Source: the human T2T-CHM13v2.0 reference genome, Homo sapiens. From it: a stretch of 64,000 nt of DNA. Positions 1 to 24,900 of this stretch are shown here, piece by piece. Each line of letters begins with the position of its first letter. Position 1 is the stretch's first letter. A program made the translations under genes and the position numbers. The stretch lies in NCBI RefSeq assembly GCF_009914755.1, contig NC_060937.1; one strand, written 5' to 3'. The notes below the pieces were generated by a model. The model was not told where the DNA came from. It made no database searches and worked only from the letters and a program-made list of their open reading frames with translations.

Positions 1-1217
1 CAGTACTATAAATAAAGTAAAATTTTTCAGGACAAACTTTGCTTCTGAATATTCATTACTATTATTAATGAGCATTTCACTTTATTCATTGCTTTTAAGC
101 ATATGATACAGGTATGCACCAATTCTTTTTTCGATTTTATTTCCATAATCCAAATAAACCTTTGAGGTAAGATACAGTAATGATAATTTAGCAGCATTTT
201 CTCCATTTGAAAGGATTCATATTAGTAAATCTTTGAAAATTCTTTACTTACAAACATTTTCGAAATTTTTATTTTTATATGATATATTATTTTCAACAAG
301 ATTACCCAGATGTTTATTATTAAATTATGTTGCTAAGTAGCTAGAAATGATAGATAGTATGGTTGATTTAATGAAATATTAAATATTTTAATCTCCTATT
401 TTTTGAAATTCACCATTTTTACTTGACAAAGAGATTAATAAATTCATATCTTGCATTAACAGTGATATATGTGTACTATGTTCTGCTGACATTAATAGCT
501 CTCATGTTTTTTACTCTTTTTCCTCACATTCCATCTAATTTCTACAAAAATGCATTCAATAATCAGTATTATTTTATTTCAATTTCTTTTCAAATAGCTT
601 TCTGTTTCTGTTATCTTATTGTTGTAAATTTTTTTCGTACACATGAAGAAAATTATATTATACCTTAGAAGTTCAGCTTAGAATTTGTAGAATTTTAAAA
701 TATTGAGTATATAACAAGACACTACAATTTACCAGCAACTAATTACTTTCTGAGAAATTTTCCTCATCTAAATTTAAATATCCTATAATTATGAAGTATT
801 TTACCTTATATATGTATTTAGCATTTTATGGGCTACTAGTGATGAATATTAGTCGTTATGTAGGGACTTACAATAAAATTGTGAACTCATCAATACCCTT
901 CTAAATTTAGTATATAAATATGAAGTTAAATAAATTGAAATATAAAGCATTAAATGTAGTAAATTTTTAAAACTAATAATAGTGTACTTTATTACTCCTT
1001 AACAATTAGTAAATCAAAAGGAAAATCAGAACCTTCATTATATACATGAGTTATTCTTGATAATTTTGATTAATGAGATCAAATCATTTCTTATTTTTTG
1101 ATATGACACATGGCTATCATTTACATTTGCCATAGAACTTATTTTAATTTCGATCAAATTGTCATAATACACAGATTTTGTTAGAACAGATCTTTAATTG
1201 GCTACCTAAAAGTAAAC

Positions 1218-3750
<2,533 letters not shown>

Positions 3751-3757
<7 letters not shown>

Positions 3758-3759
3758 TC

Positions 3760-3796
<37 letters not shown>

Positions 3797-3797
3797 T
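3751..3797 (-). repeat. (TTTTC)n/poly-T tract, read as a poly(A) tail on the minus strand
   Basis: tcttttttcttttcttttct...tttttttt seen directly at the point where L1 homology stops. Confidence 0.8.
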
Positions 3798-4309
3798 GGC
3801 TTCTTGTTACGTTAAAAAAGCATTTTGGTCATTACATAAGATTAACACAAAGTGAACAATCCACCCCATGACTAGGAAATAAGCCACTCTTCTTCTACCC
3901 TCCTCTTTTGTCCCGTCCATCCCTATACGTTATGCACTGTTGGCCTCCCTGGCATCTTGTAAGGATCGCTGTCTACCACTCGGGATGACATCTCTCGCCT
4001 TGGAGTTTTCAGACTGGAAAAATCCTGAGAGACACTAATGAAAGCACCAAACAGCACTGTACCATTCAAACCTGAACCAGTCTCCCACCTCAATGGCAGA
4101 GTGTTTTGAAAAAAAAGTTTTTCCTTCCCCAAATCTTTTAAAGGATCAATGTTTCCTTTAAGTACAAAATGAAGTAAAGAAAACACAACTAACTTACTAT
4201 AAACAAAGAAATTTGAAATTGTAGTCACATCCTGAAAAAAGTCAAGAGATCTTTTATCCACAGGAGCCTCTTATTAATGCCTCATGTGACTTTCCAGAAT
4301 ACTCAGGCG

Positions 4310-4740
4310 GGGAATCTCAGATAGGACTTTTTAAAGTCAAGCTCAGCCATGGGCTTGTACCCTCAAATACCTGTGAGTTGGGTAAACTTTTTTCTTCTTG
4401 AGGTTCCCAGAGCATGGGCCTGACAGACAGTGACATTCTTTACTTACCATGGGTCAGGAACCGTGTACAGAGACTGCATAGACAAGGTATGAGGCCAGTT
4501 TTCCCAAGGGGATTTTAATGGCTCTGCAAGTTAAGCTTGATTCCTTAAAGAGAAACACCCTTCCAGTTAAATCCTTGGTAAAACAACCAGTTTTTCCAAT
4601 CGTGTCCTGCTGCAAAATAAAATGAATTTTTATTGCATTCACGCAAACAACCATATTGTTATAAGTTAAGAATACTTACAACCAGTTTTTGAGTTTTAGA
4701 GGAACCAGGCAGAGAGAAACAAACATGTTCCAAAGTTTTG
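4310..4740 (-). mobile_element. ERV1 MER4-group internal fragment
   Basis: Minus strand ccttgggaaaactggcctcataccttgtct...ggttcctgacccatggtaagtaaagaatgtcac...aagtcctatctgagattcc resembles MER4/MER41-type internal sequence as I recall it. Confidence 0.7.
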
Positions 4741-5172
4741 GGAGAGGGCATCCCGTCTTGTGCCAGTTTTCAAAGAGAATGCTTCCAGTTTTTGCCCATT
4801 CAGTATAATATTGGCTGTGGGTTTGCCATAAATAGCTCTTATTATTTTGAGATATGTCCCATCAACACCTAATTTATTGAGAGTTTTTAGCATGAAGGGC
4901 TGTTGAATTTTGTCAAAGGCCTTTTCTGCATCTATTGAGATAATCACGTGGTTTTTGTCTTTGGTTCTGTTTACATGCTGGATTACGCTTATTGATTTGC
5001 ATATGTTGAACCAGCCTTGCATCCAAGGGATGAAGCCCACTTGATCTTGGTGGATAAGCTTTTTGATGTGCTGCTGGATTTGGTTTGCCAGTATTTTATT
5101 GAGGATTTTTGCATCGATGTTCATCAGGGATATTGGTCTAAAATTCTGTTTTTTTGTTGTGTCTCTGCCAAG
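4741..5172 (-). mobile_element. L1PA ORF2 (RT region) fragment from a different, younger-looking copy
   Basis: ORF 4696..5184 reads [48 protein letters not shown]. It differs from the homologous stretch at 3270-3697 (ttggtctaaaattc vs ttggcctgaaattt). Confidence 0.93.
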
Positions 5173-6232
5173 CAGGCCAGGCATTGTTTTCTAACTGAGC
5201 ATCTTCTCCTTTAGGAAACCTCACACAGGACATTCAAGATTGAGGGGCATCAGGAATTGATTGATGTAGTGATAGATAAAGGTTGTTTAGAGCAGGAAGG
5301 CCAGGTACCCAACAATGCCCTAGCCCCAGTAAGTGTATCAATCAACTCAATTACCCCATTTTGTGTTTCCCCTGAATTTCTGGGCTATTATCTCTTCTTC
5401 TGGAAACCCTGCAACTTTAATTTAGACTATATTAGGATAGAAGAAAAAAGTCAGCACAGATACATTTTCTTTATTCAAATAGAAAAAAAATGACAAAGGG
5501 CAAGAATTCGTGTTATCCAGATGTCAAGTATTTTCCAAGGTAAAATTTCTTCATAAAAAGTAGGAGGGATTTTTTAGCAGAACTGGACCCCTTGATACTT
5601 TTTAAATTCTATACTCATTATACTCACATATTAAAACCGGGAGATTGAGATTCCTAAACAATGGCATGTAAATTAGAAATAAAGTTACTGGTTATATTTT
5701 AAATTTTAAGTTCATGAAAATGGCAAAATATTTTTAATTGTATGAATATCATTAAATTGATCATGAATCTGTTTCAAAGCTGTAAAATATTTATATTAAT
5801 AAATGAAGAGGTTAGCATTTTAATGCACATAATAAAAAAGGAACCCTCTTTAGGCCCAGAATTCAGTCTAAAATTCCATACCACTGAGATACTTCTCTAT
5901 TTAAACTTCAAGAGTTTGCAAATTATATTCAAGAAATATTCAGGCATTGTATGAATATGTAGGGAATAAGAAAGGGAAGTTTCTTCTTCCTGATTTCTTT
6001 GAAGAACACACAAAACTTGTTGCAGTCATAATGACATCTTTGTTCTTCCAAGTAATTGAATTTTTTGACAAATTACGCATAAAGTATAACATTATTTTAA
6101 TATGCTTACAAATTGAGTAATTTGTCAAATTTTGTATGACACAATGCACTCCCTGTAAAATGTAGGCTTTAAAATGTGTAGTTCAAAGTAATAGATGATG
6201 ATAGTATTTTTTTGTGTGTATGAAAGGAAAGA

Positions 6233-6581
<349 letters not shown>

Positions 6582-6593
6582 TTAGGCTTCCAA

Positions 6594-6596
<3 letters not shown>

Positions 6597-6631
<35 letters not shown>
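6597..6631. repeat. (CA)n microsatellite
   Basis: Seen directly. Confidence 0.97.
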
Positions 6632-6635
<4 letters not shown>

Positions 6636-9208
6636 AGGAAAAAGATTAACAAGAAAACTTTGTGCTGTCTTTTACTTTCTTCTTTATTTTGTGTAAAGGA
6701 TATGAAATATCAAACTATGAAGTCAATCATCTCTCACGCTTTGTAGAATTCACTATGAATGTATAGTTTTATACACCTTTTAATATATTTAGTTTACATT
6801 ATCAACTCAGAGAATTAGGTAGAATTTCTGTTCAATTCCTTTAGTAAGCTACAGACAAAACATCCTATAATATGGATACTTAGTACATAGTACCTGATAA
6901 GGAAGATAGTGTTCCAATTTAAGATAAAACATAATGCATTCCATTCAGGATTTTCTATTTGCTTTCCTTCTTAATAAAGGGCAGTATTCTCTCACATGCT
7001 TTATGTGTATGTACTCAATATACAGAGAGACTGTGGCATATTCTGAATGATGATACAGAAAATCGAAATTATCTGCATAGGATGCAGAATGTTATCAAAG
7101 TTAGAAAAATCACTGCTGAGCTGCACTGTGCTCCTTATGCTATATGCAGAGACAAAGCATTTCTTTTCTTAGAAGCAGACAAAAATGCCACAGAATTCAA
7201 GCAAGAAAATATGGTGTCTTTCAGGTACTTTAGAAGGGTTCTTTTTCTGCACGTTAGCAGCTTCTGTAGCTAAGAAAGAAGAGATAGAGTACATAGCATC
7301 CTTCAAATTACATTGAAGTAAAAAAATAAACTGTTTCAAAGTTGAATTTAGGTGTGTCTGATTTTTAGGTGGTTACATTTCTTGGATCTTTTCATTATAG
7401 GCTAAATCAAGGTCACAAGAAAATTGGAGTAGATCTTAAAGAAGAGTTATATAATTTTGTCCTTAGATTTTTATCTATGGTCTATACTTGAATGATACAC
7501 CATGCAGCATAGGCAAAAGAAATAGACACTTGTACCAATTACTCAGTATCACATGCATCATTGGAATAGCTTAGTTTACATGGATTTGCATACTTCAATA
7601 TTTTCACAGAGGACAGTCTGAAAGTGTTAGGACTTTAATTTTTAGATAAAGTACTTCAACAGTTTTACATATTTTTCTTTGATACATAAAATTATAAAGT
7701 CTTAGCAGATAATTACTAGATTAATATTTTCTAAGTGAAAAGTTTATAGATGTTTAAATGCCATTTCAAATGCAGTGAAATTTGCTTTTGTGTTTTAAAA
7801 GTGTAAGTTAATTTTAATTCAAAATTTGTGTGTTCAAAATTCATAGATAATAAATTATTGATGTACTTTTATTGCACACAAATGGCAATTTCTTAAAAAT
7901 GATAGCACTCTACAAAAGCCTAATAGTTGTTCTTTTATGTTAGATTTAATTAGCAGACTTTCAACTCAGTGATATATAGCCACCAAATCTGTTTTCTCGC
8001 TGAATCTCCATGGGCCTCCTGGATTCTACAGATGCACAGATTGATCTGGAGCCTTCAGGGAGAATTGCATAACAGATTGCCTCATTTCTGGTTAAAGAAT
8101 ACCATGAAAACTACTGAAGTTTATGTCTTTTGACCTCATTATTGCTTAAGTCGCATTGTTAATATTCTTGATACAAACTCTAAAGCATTATACCTAAAAG
8201 AGTTATTGAAATTACTCAAATAACAGGCAGAATCTAGCTTGAAAGTGGGTCTAATAGCCCCAAAACCAAAGAGAGAAAGAAACAAATTCATTAGTTATGT
8301 TTTTCTCACTTTCTTACTATTCATGGGAAGGTAGGAGTTAATGGCAGCTACTGACATCTATTTTTTAGCTACTAAAATAATGTCTATCATGAAAGAAAAG
8401 TAATTGAATAAGCTAGAGAAAAAAAACCATTCATTTGAAAATTTTTATTACATAATAGTGTATTTGACTTATGTAAAAATATAAAGGTTATTACACATAC
8501 ACAAATATATATATATCCACTGTGAAAAAAGGACTAATAAAATTGATTGCATATCTCACATTATCATTGAAAATACCTATGTGACTCTTTTCTATCTGTT
8601 TATCTTGTCTAACCTTCTGTCCCATAAATTTTGATTGAATTTCATGATGTTTAACAGTAAAAAATAAGGCCCATTTGCCTCTATAAAAAAAGCCTTATAG
8701 AAGCTGGCTTTCAAGGTCAAGTCTTTTTATTTAGTTGTTAATTTTAGTTTTTAGTTTATTTTTAAAAAAATAGCTTCAAGGGACACAACAAATTACAATT
8801 TACTCAACTTCTTATACCTTACTGCAAGAGAATGGGAGATACTCTGTGCTACATAAGTGAGGGAAAGAGATACAGAGCACAGAGGCTGAGGTTAGGGATG
8901 GGAGTGGTGAAATGAAAAGTAATTTTTTCTATTTACACTGCTTTGGCTCAGACTGTCTGGAATTTTAAGCAGTATCATGTTGTACAAAAATTAGCATTGC
9001 AGATAAAATATACGTTAAAGTCTAAAATGACCAAAAAATCAGACTAATTTATTCTGGAACCAAGCCAGAGTTAATAAAAATTTTTATGATTACTTTACCT
9101 TTTTCTTAGAACATATTTTTGAGAAGCAAAATTTCTTATGAATTACAATTCAATCTGGATATCTTAAGAGTACTTTTTTAAAAAAACAATTAGCATAGAA
9201 ATGATTTT

Positions 9209-9510
9209 GGTGACCTGCTGCAGTGGCTTATCCCTGTAATCTCAGCACTTTGGGAGGTCAAGGCAGGAGGATTGCTTCAGTTAGGAATTGGAGACCAGAC
9301 TGGGCAACATAGTGAGACCCCCCAAATCTATAACAAGTTAAAATAAAATTAGCCATCCATGATGATATGTGTCCATAGCCCTAGCTACTTAGGAGGCTGA
9401 GGTGGGAGAATCGCTTGAGTACAGTAGTTTGAGGTCATATACTATAATCTCCCCATCACATTCCACCCTGGGAGACAGAGTGAGTCTTTGTCTCTATTAG
9501 GAAAAAAAAT
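9209..9510 (+). mobile_element. AluJ
   Basis: Diverged dimer (ggaggattgctt, gggcaacatagtgagacc). TSD gaaatgatttt at 9198-9208 and 9511-9521. Confidence 0.9.
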
Positions 9511-11852
9511 GAAATGATTTTTAAATAATTAAAGGGACGTCCTAAGTTTGCCAATAATTGTTATTACTGAAAAGCAAACTGTAGAAAACTCCTGTTTTAG
9601 TTAAACCTGTTATTTATTCAAATAAATACAAAACAGTTTTAAGTTGCTGTGATTCTCACAATCTCATTCTCTTGCTTATACTGGCCCCTTGGCTTGCATG
9701 TCTCTTCTTTCTTTTTTAATTAAAATTTACGTTTTCTTCGTAGCTCAAATCAATTTCTAATTTCCCTTTAATAGCTTATTCAACCAAAGTTAGACTTTAT
9801 TCTTCAAGTAACTGCCTTGTTACATTCAATTTTTTTTGTACAGGACTTATTTTCACAATTAGATTGTAAAACACTGCAGACAATGTGTGGTTTTATATTT
9901 CCTCATTTATCTGGACCTAACATAACTCATGATTCAGCATGTATTAATGTTTGCTGTAGATAATATTAAGTTAGGATGAATCTTTGATTAAACTTAAATA
10001 ACTGCTTTAATTTATTGCTAATTATGCTTATTATGGAATTATTAGGCATATTTTGTGTGAGGGAAGGGAGAGAAAGTGAACAAGAGAAAGATATTCAGAG
10101 AAAAAGAGAGTAATAAAGAAGACTATTTTTGAAAGTGTAAAAAACTTTTGAAACCAATCTTTTTTAAAAATAATTATCAAAATGAAATGTTTTTCATGAA
10201 GATGATATAATCTTATTTAATAATTCAAGCACTATTCAAAATCATAAAATGTTTTAAAGATATTTTAAAATTTTTCTGTTATTAAATCGATCTCTGTCTC
10301 TCTTCATGGCTGCATAAATAAGAACAAATGTGCATCTGTTTTTACATGCAGAGGTATAATTGAATAGACCTGGGAGCTTTCTATGCACTATTCTCATTTA
10401 GCATGTCTGTTTTAGGTATACTTTGATATCGCAGGTTGAAGACAGTGCTGAAAATTAGCTAGAAGAAGGTATGAGAGTCACAGGTTTATTTATAACAAAC
10501 ATGAATAAAAATAAAAGATGCCATTGTGGGGATAGTGGAAATAAAGTCAGAAATAAAAGGGAGTTGTGGAAGGTCCAGGATGAACTTGTTGGTCATTTTA
10601 AGAACTTTAGATTTTAGTTTAAGTTGGTAAGACAATACTGGAGAAATTTTTTAGCGGAGGAGACTCATAGTTTATTATTTATTTTAAAATAAATTTTGTT
10701 GCATATATGTGTGGAGGAGTAGACTAAAGATGTCTTAAAAAGTACTAGAAGAAGTAAACTGGTATACATCTTAAATCATATTTCAGTAATATAAAATTAT
10801 AAAAATAAAAATAAAGAATTGTCCTTATGATGTCAGTCAAGTCAAACACAAGGTTGTAAAACTATCTATGTTGATTAAAATTAAAATATCTTTCATCCTT
10901 AGTAGCTTTCTTCTCTTTTATGTGTATCACTCTTTATGTGCATATGTATGTAACATTTAGTTGCTTTACTTTTTCTTTTTTTCCTTTTGCCATCTCCATG
11001 TCTTTTGGAGTGAAAGAGAGCTTCCTGAAAATTGATTCTGCTCTCCATCCAGATTCTTATATTCACACCAGAAGCCTTTCTCAGGCAATGGTTTAATTAT
11101 AGACAGTTCTTGTTTTTCTTCCATGAGCCAAATAAATGCATTTTCTTTACAATGTATACAATCTATAAGAACAGTGAGAGGTGCATTGTAAAGGGGAAGG
11201 AGAATGGAGACAATGGAGAAGGGGGAGGAAAGTGGGAATGGAGAACCCAACCCAGCAGTCCCAACTGTAGTCTTTTCAATTATGCTCCAATGATTATTCC
11301 GCCCACCCTTCTCTATCTATGGACTCAGAGTCAGGAGCACCACCTGAGTTTTCTCAGAGAGGTGCAATATTTTAAATATTTTAAATTATAACATGTACTG
11401 TTTTCTTCATATATTTAGTTTCCTTTGTTCTTCCTAGAATATCTATGGTGAATTTGAATCTATGTTCCTGCTTTGTATATTCCAGTGGAGTTATGGTTTC
11501 TTTCAAAGAAGTGTAGTTTTTCTAATTTCAAAAATAGCATGAAAGAAACAGGGAACAGATGTGGATGTTCAGTCCACTGATGCAAGTAGAGCACTAGTTC
11601 TTGTTTGCACCCTGTTTTTAAATGTGTCTGTATGCAAATGGATAGAGTTCTAGAAACAGAATGTGTAACAAAGGTTGTGAACAGTTTGCAACATACAGTT
11701 GTAACATATAGTTACAAGAGACAGAGAAGCATTGGAATGAAAACAAAACAATAATAGACTCAATTCACCATGTTTTAAGGTTGGAATTATCAGATAAAAA
11801 GGTCGCTACTGTAATTAATAATTTTGTATGGTTTAATGTCTTTGGATGGCAT

Positions 11853-14375
<2,523 letters not shown>

Positions 14376-14384
14376 GCAGAATAA

Positions 14385-15490
14385 TTCTCAGCCTGGCCAT
14401 GCAAAGAATATAAAAGCATGTTTAGTAGAGAAAATCAAGGATGTGGCCAAGTAACCATTTAATAAAGAGGTTAATATGGATATAAGTAATGAAGGTACTA
14501 TTCATCAAGATATTAAAAGAATGACCTTGAAAACATTTCTAAAATATTCAGGGCTTTTATGCCCACCACAGACCCAGAGTGCTAGGGCCTTGAGGACAGA
14601 ATAATTTTGGAGATGAACCCATGTTACCCATGGGACATCAGGGATCACTGCCCAGAGATTTCTTGGTTTCTGCTGCCCATATTCTGATACAGCACTCCTC
14701 AGCCATTCCAGCTATGGATGAAGTAAACCCTGGTGCTAATTAGACTGCCTCTCTGGATGGTGCAAGCTGTGAGCCTTAGCATTGTCTGTGTGGTGCTAAT
14801 TTTGCAGGTATTCAGAATGCAAGAGCTGTGAAGATATGATTGCCTCCACCTAGATTTCCAAGTATGTCTCCCACATCCTCTGGAATTAGGCAGAAATGTG
14901 CCACTGGGTGGAGCCTCCACAGAGAGCCTTCACTAGAGCAATGTCCAGCAGAATTAGAACTGTGAGGTCAGGCAATTGTACAGAGTCCTTCCTAGGTCAG
15001 TGTCTAATGGCCACCCCAAGCCTTCAGTACTGTAGAGACACCGGCATGCAGCACCAGCCTGTGAGAGCTCCAGGTATTTATTTCAATATGTGATAGCTGA
15101 AGCATGGGCTGCACTCAACAAAGCCATGAAGGAAAAATTGCCCAAGGCCATGGGGATTCCACCCCTACCCCTGTTTTTCTGGAAATTGGAACATGAATTC
15201 AGGGATTATTGTCAAGCCTTAAGATTTAATGTTGTTTGACCTGTTGGGTTTTAGACTTACTTGGGATATCTTACTTCACTTGTCTTTTTTCCTATGTCTC
15301 TCTTTTGAAATGAGAATGTTTATCCTCTGTCTGTTCCACCATTGTATTTTAGGAGCACATAACTTGTTTGACTTCACAAGTTCACAGTTGGAGAAAAATT
15401 TGATGCTGGAACAAGTTAAGACTCCTGGGCTACTGGAATGGAGTGAATGTATTTTGTTTGTGAGAAGGAGATGAATGTGGGAATCAAGGG
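14385..15490 (+). mobile_element. MaLR (MST/MLT-type) internal sequence
   Basis: Typical MaLR-int phrases (gcctccacctagatttcca, ttgtattttaggagcacataacttgtttgacttcacaagttcacag) running into an LTR. Confidence 0.75.
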
Positions 15491-15494
15491 GGAG

Positions 15495-16578
<1,084 letters not shown>

Positions 16579-18034
16579 CTAAAGCATTTATTAAAGTAGT
16601 AAATATTTAAATAATCATATACATAAAAGTAAAAATAAATAAAATTTAATGATCTCAGACAAACAAAAATAGCTTTCAATAACAGCAAAGTAACTATATT
16701 TAAGGTTGCCATTTAAGGGACAATTGTCAAACTTAATTGTTCAATAACTAAAAGAATCTTTAAAAAAAACACTTGATAATTATACTGCTAAATTTATTTA
16801 GCTTTATTAAGTATTTTTTCTTCTAAAAGAACATATTTTTCAAATATTAAGGGAAGTAGCCACAATTCCAATAACTGCCCTTTTTGCTTATATTTTAGTA
16901 AACATACAATTTAAGTAGAACAGAACACAACTTCATTGAGATAGGCCTAAATACATGTAAATTAAATACAACTGGGTTGATAGTTATAATAGCAGAATTT
17001 TTTATGTAATAAACACCAACAGACTCACAAAATACTATAGTTACAAAAGTTTAGTTATCAAAATGTTTGTATTTTTATATACGAGTGTGTGTCTTTAAAA
17101 CAAAATACATATATTTAAAGCATATCCATACATGTGTGTGATCATGTGTGTGTTTGTGCTTACACATATACATATATATGCACACATTAAACCTCACAAC
17201 ACACATAATGCTGTGAAATTTAATGAACTTTTAAAATGAAAGCATATTTTACATGAATTACTGTATTGTTACTCATCAGAATATCCATTTTTACTCATTT
17301 GGATATGTCCTGCTATTGGGCTATATGAAATTAATTTTTAGGAACTGGGGCTTAAACTACTAAATTGTTTTTATATAGCCAAAAAGAAATGCAGAAATAT
17401 GCTACACAGACTCCTTGATTTACAATACTGTTTACAAATAGAATGTTCTTTTGGAAGAAAGGAATCTGAATAGGGCATTCTATAACAGATTTTCATTATG
17501 ATGAGTTACAAAATGCCCTAGACCTTAGCAATACATCTTAATGACGTAAAGAAAACTTCACAGGTGCATTATTGTTATGCACACAATAGTAATTTGCTAA
17601 TAATTGTGTATGAACATCTATAATGCTGACATTTTATGCAACCATGCAAATTTATGCAGTACTGTCAGAATAACAAAGCTAAATTATACAGGTAGATACT
17701 TAACTACAATGATTAATAAGCAATTTCAGACATTTACGTTGTTTTTAAGTAAATGTTATGCAAATATGCTAGAATCAAGAAGTAAAAGCTAAGCAAACAT
17801 ACTAAACCTTCAAATAGCTGCTAACATAAATGTTAATCTGACACAAATACACTTGTGTTATTTATTTTACTTGTCAGACACTGTGTGACCTATGTTAAAC
17901 AGAAATCACCAATATGCTAGGATGTTACAAAGATAGAATAAATCTACATATTTTAGCTGCCATTCTTTCAAAATTAAGAATAAAATGGAATATAATGAAA
18001 TAAACCATGTATTGAAATTATATCTTTCTTCTGA

Positions 18035-20900
<2,866 letters not shown>

Positions 20901-21949
20901 AATTCTCGGTGAGTTTTGAGTGATTGGTCTTCACCTCAGAAGTCTTCCAAGCTCTATCTTGATTTCCTCCTCTCTGTCCGACAGCCTGAAAACTCATTCA
21001 ATGCAGTAACATGGAGGAAATTGTAGAGCTCACTTCTTTATTTTCTACTTATCATTTATTCTTCTTTTTCTGATATCTAATTTCTTGAAAATTATTGTTT
21101 TTTACATTTTTCATAACTTTTTTATTTGCTTGATGCAGGAAGATTGAGCTGGTTTCAGTTACTCCATTGTGGCCAAAAGGGAAAGGCATGATTTTTATGC
21201 CAAGTCTTTTATAAATTATTGAATTGAAGAGTCAAGAACAAAATAATTTTGTGTGAAAATATTCAACAATATAGTTTTTATCATTTAAAAAGTGTACTGA
21301 TATTTACTATTGGCAACATTTTTACCACTCCTGTTGTTTAACAATGCCAAAATATTTTTAGAAATGTGAAGAATTAAACATTAATCATACTTAATTTGGC
21401 TACTTTACACTGTAAAGAATCAGAAGGATGAGTAGATATAACATTACTCCAAATACCATTCCCCCAATAATATAGTGGCTTAAAACATATAAACAATTCT
21501 GTTAAGAGCTAGAGGAAATTTTGCCTAGAATTTAATAAACATCTCTTCTAGGGATATTGAAGTAATTCTAAGGCGGCTACAACTTTAGGGATTAAGATCC
21601 TGAAGGAAAGATAATTGGAGAGAAAGGAGACCAACGCGGAACTTTTTAGTCTTAGAGCATTTTAAAGCCAAGATTGTTAAAAAATTGAGCAAAACCTGAT
21701 TGTGAAACTGAACATTTTTATTCAAGAGACTCACAGACTTAAGAAACAAAAATTGCAACAAAAAATCCACCAAAGAGATGTTTGTGCTAACATCCAAGTA
21801 GTTTAGTTGAAATTTCTTCAGAATTATACTTAAAATTGGGAGCCAAACCAAGATTGACACTTAGCCTCAGGTCAACTAAGTTTCTTACTGGATTTAGGTG
21901 ATTTTTCCCCTAATTTGGCTCTCTGGCGTAGAGTAGGGTAAATTCTCAT

Positions 21950-24900
21950 TAAGGGCAGATGACACTATCCAAAAGCTCAATAGTTTTTTACATCTAATGG
22001 TTGACATCTAATCAGAAATCTAACAGCCCTTCCAAGAGAGAATACCACAAAAGGAAAAAAGGAGGGAATAGAAACAGTCAGAAATGACACCTATAGTGGA
22101 GTTTTCATATATATAATTTAAAATAGTGTGATTAATACATTCCAGATGGAGATGACAAGATAGAGAATCTCATCAGAGAGCTGAAATCTATAACTAAGAA
22201 TCAAATGGCCAATCTATATTTGAAATCAAGAACAGTGTAATTGGAAACAGCATGAAAAGAGAATTAGTGAATGAGAAGACAGGTGCATAGAAAATTACAA
22301 TCCGAAAGACAGAATTTGAGAAATTGAAATACAGAAAAGGGTGTAAGAGACGTGTGGGATATGGTGAAATGTCTAACTTATGTGTATTTAAACTAGTAAG
22401 AGAGGAAGAGTGCGAAAATGGAATATATGCAAACTTTGAAGAGATAATCGTTAGGAATTTCCCCCAAATTTTGAAAGACTTTAAACCACAGATTTAAGTA
22501 GTTCTACACATACCAAGAAAGACGAATGGAATGAAAATCACACCTAGGCATGTCAAAGCAAAACTACTGAACTCCAAAGATAGAATAAAAATATTGAGAA
22601 CAGTAGAACAGATGATGGAAGGGAGTCACTTTTTTAAAAAAGCAACAATAAGACAAATTTTTTCTTCCCAGAAATGATGTTTCTGGCGAGAAGAAACATA
22701 ACAGCACACAAATGCACACATGTCATTTTCACAGTATTGAAAGAAAATATACTGGAATTTATAATTCTATAACTAGGAAAATATTTTAAACTATCAAAGT
22801 TAAATAAAATATTTCCAGACCATTGAAAGAGAAAGCAGGAAAAAAATCAGCAAGAATTCATCTCAAGAAGAATCATAATATAATATATTATGGATAGAAT
22901 GTTTTATCCAGTGGAAATTATTCCCAGATAAAATGAGTTAAAGAGTAAGTTAAAGGGAAAATATGTCAGTATATCTACATAAATATGATGTACAAAGATA
23001 ATACTAATGCTCTTTTAAGGGACTAAAATATATAGATAACTAAAAGTCATGAGAAAAAACCCTCAGAGTACAAAAAAAAAGGTTAATGGAACTTCTGTTC
23101 TTATAAGACCCTTGTATTGAATAGAAATGTGGAAAAACTGCTAATAAGTAAGAATTTACATTGCTGCATTAGAATGAACTAATAAAAAGGAGAAGAATGA
23201 ACAAAAAGGAGCTGTGGTAAGGGAAAATTTATTGTAAAAATGCTTAATCCAAATGTGTTCTAAAGGGGAGCTACAAAATATAGAACGGGGGAAAAAACAG
23301 AAAACACATGCTTCGACTAAAGCTATAAACTGAAATATTAACAATTACATAAAATGGTCATGGCATTAATTATAAATATTGTCTGGATCAAAATTTAAAG
23401 AGAACCCTAGCACATACAACTTACAATAGATAAGTTGTAATATCTTATCTATTGTAAGATAAGATAGAGAACTAAAGAAGTTTTAAAGCAAAATCATAGC
23501 TGAAGATATATCATCAAAAATCTAACAAAAATAAGTTAATTTAGCTCTATTACCAATATGGCAAGTATAATTTAAGGCAGGAATGGTGTATAGAAAAAAA
23601 GATGCATATATGAAATGATTAAAAGTGTAACCCTATTATCTTTTAAACAATAATAAGTCTGCATGTAGCTAGCACTATGGATACTAAATGTATAAATGGA
23701 AAACTGACAGATATTAGAGGAGAAATAAAATTCATAAAACCAGCACTCCCAGTCACAGATTGAAAAAAAAAAAACTAAAAAGTTTAAAAAAATAAAATAT
23801 TTGAACAACCCAATTAAGAAAACTTGCATAAATGCCATAAATAAAACTATGCAAAAAATGAGAGAATAGACATTTTTTGCAATATCTCATGGAAAATTTA
23901 ACAAAACTCATAAAAAGGAGAACTGAAGAAAAGTCTCCACAAATTCCAAAAGGATAGAATAATAGGAAACATTTCTCCTGACCTCAGTAACATGAGATAA
24001 CTTTAAAAATGTCTATATAATTAAAAAAATGCTAAAAGTTGGCCTAATTACAAATGGAGAATTTATTATAAAACATTTTCAACTATTATAAAAATGAAAT
24101 TTAACATATTAAAAGGTGTGGAAGGAAGCTAAATCTGTGCTTAAAGAAAAATCCGTAGATTCTAATGAATGTATTATAAAAGCTGAAAGATAAATACACT
24201 TCTCCATATTTAATAATATAGAGTTAGGGAACAAAGAGAGAATGAGAGAACAAAGAAAATCAAGGGCAAAAAGTAAACAAAGGAAATGAAAATTCCTATG
24301 AGATAAAAAGTACAAAATATTATTCAGACTGGTTAAATATCTAAATATGCGACTTCTAAAAGCCACAGATTTGAGGAAAGCATTTTCAACTGCTCTCATT
24401 AGCAAAGGATTTCTACCTAGAATATATTAGGTCAAATTCATTAAATTGTTGACATTTACCCATTTTGAAAAGAAAATACTTTCCTAGACCTCAACCTACT
24501 AACGTGGTGCTCCTAAAATCATTACAAACACAAAAACAGTAAAAATAGGCAGAATACATGTATAGGAACTTCACAAAAAGCTATATAAAATGACTAAGAA
24601 ACATATGAAGTGTATATAACCCTTAGTCATCAGAAAGATACAGGATGCGGAGTAACTACATGTCTGAACATTGCTGTTGGGAGTTTAAATTGGGGGGGTC
24701 ATATTGGAAAACCCTACTGTATGTCCTAAAGTTGAACATATACTTAGTGGTTTTGAACCAGAATGCAAAACTCTGTGTGTGTGTATGTGTGTGTGTGTGT
24801 AAAGACATTCTTAAGAATGTTCTTTTACAGCAGCCCGAAACTGGAAGCAATCCAAAGCTCTTGAAAATATATATGGATAAGTAATATATGGTATATTTTA

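Noticed and set aside
4696-5184. 162-aa RT-like ORF as a novel reverse-transcriptase gene
   Set aside because: It is a plain L1 ORF2 fragment lacking the catalytic motif.
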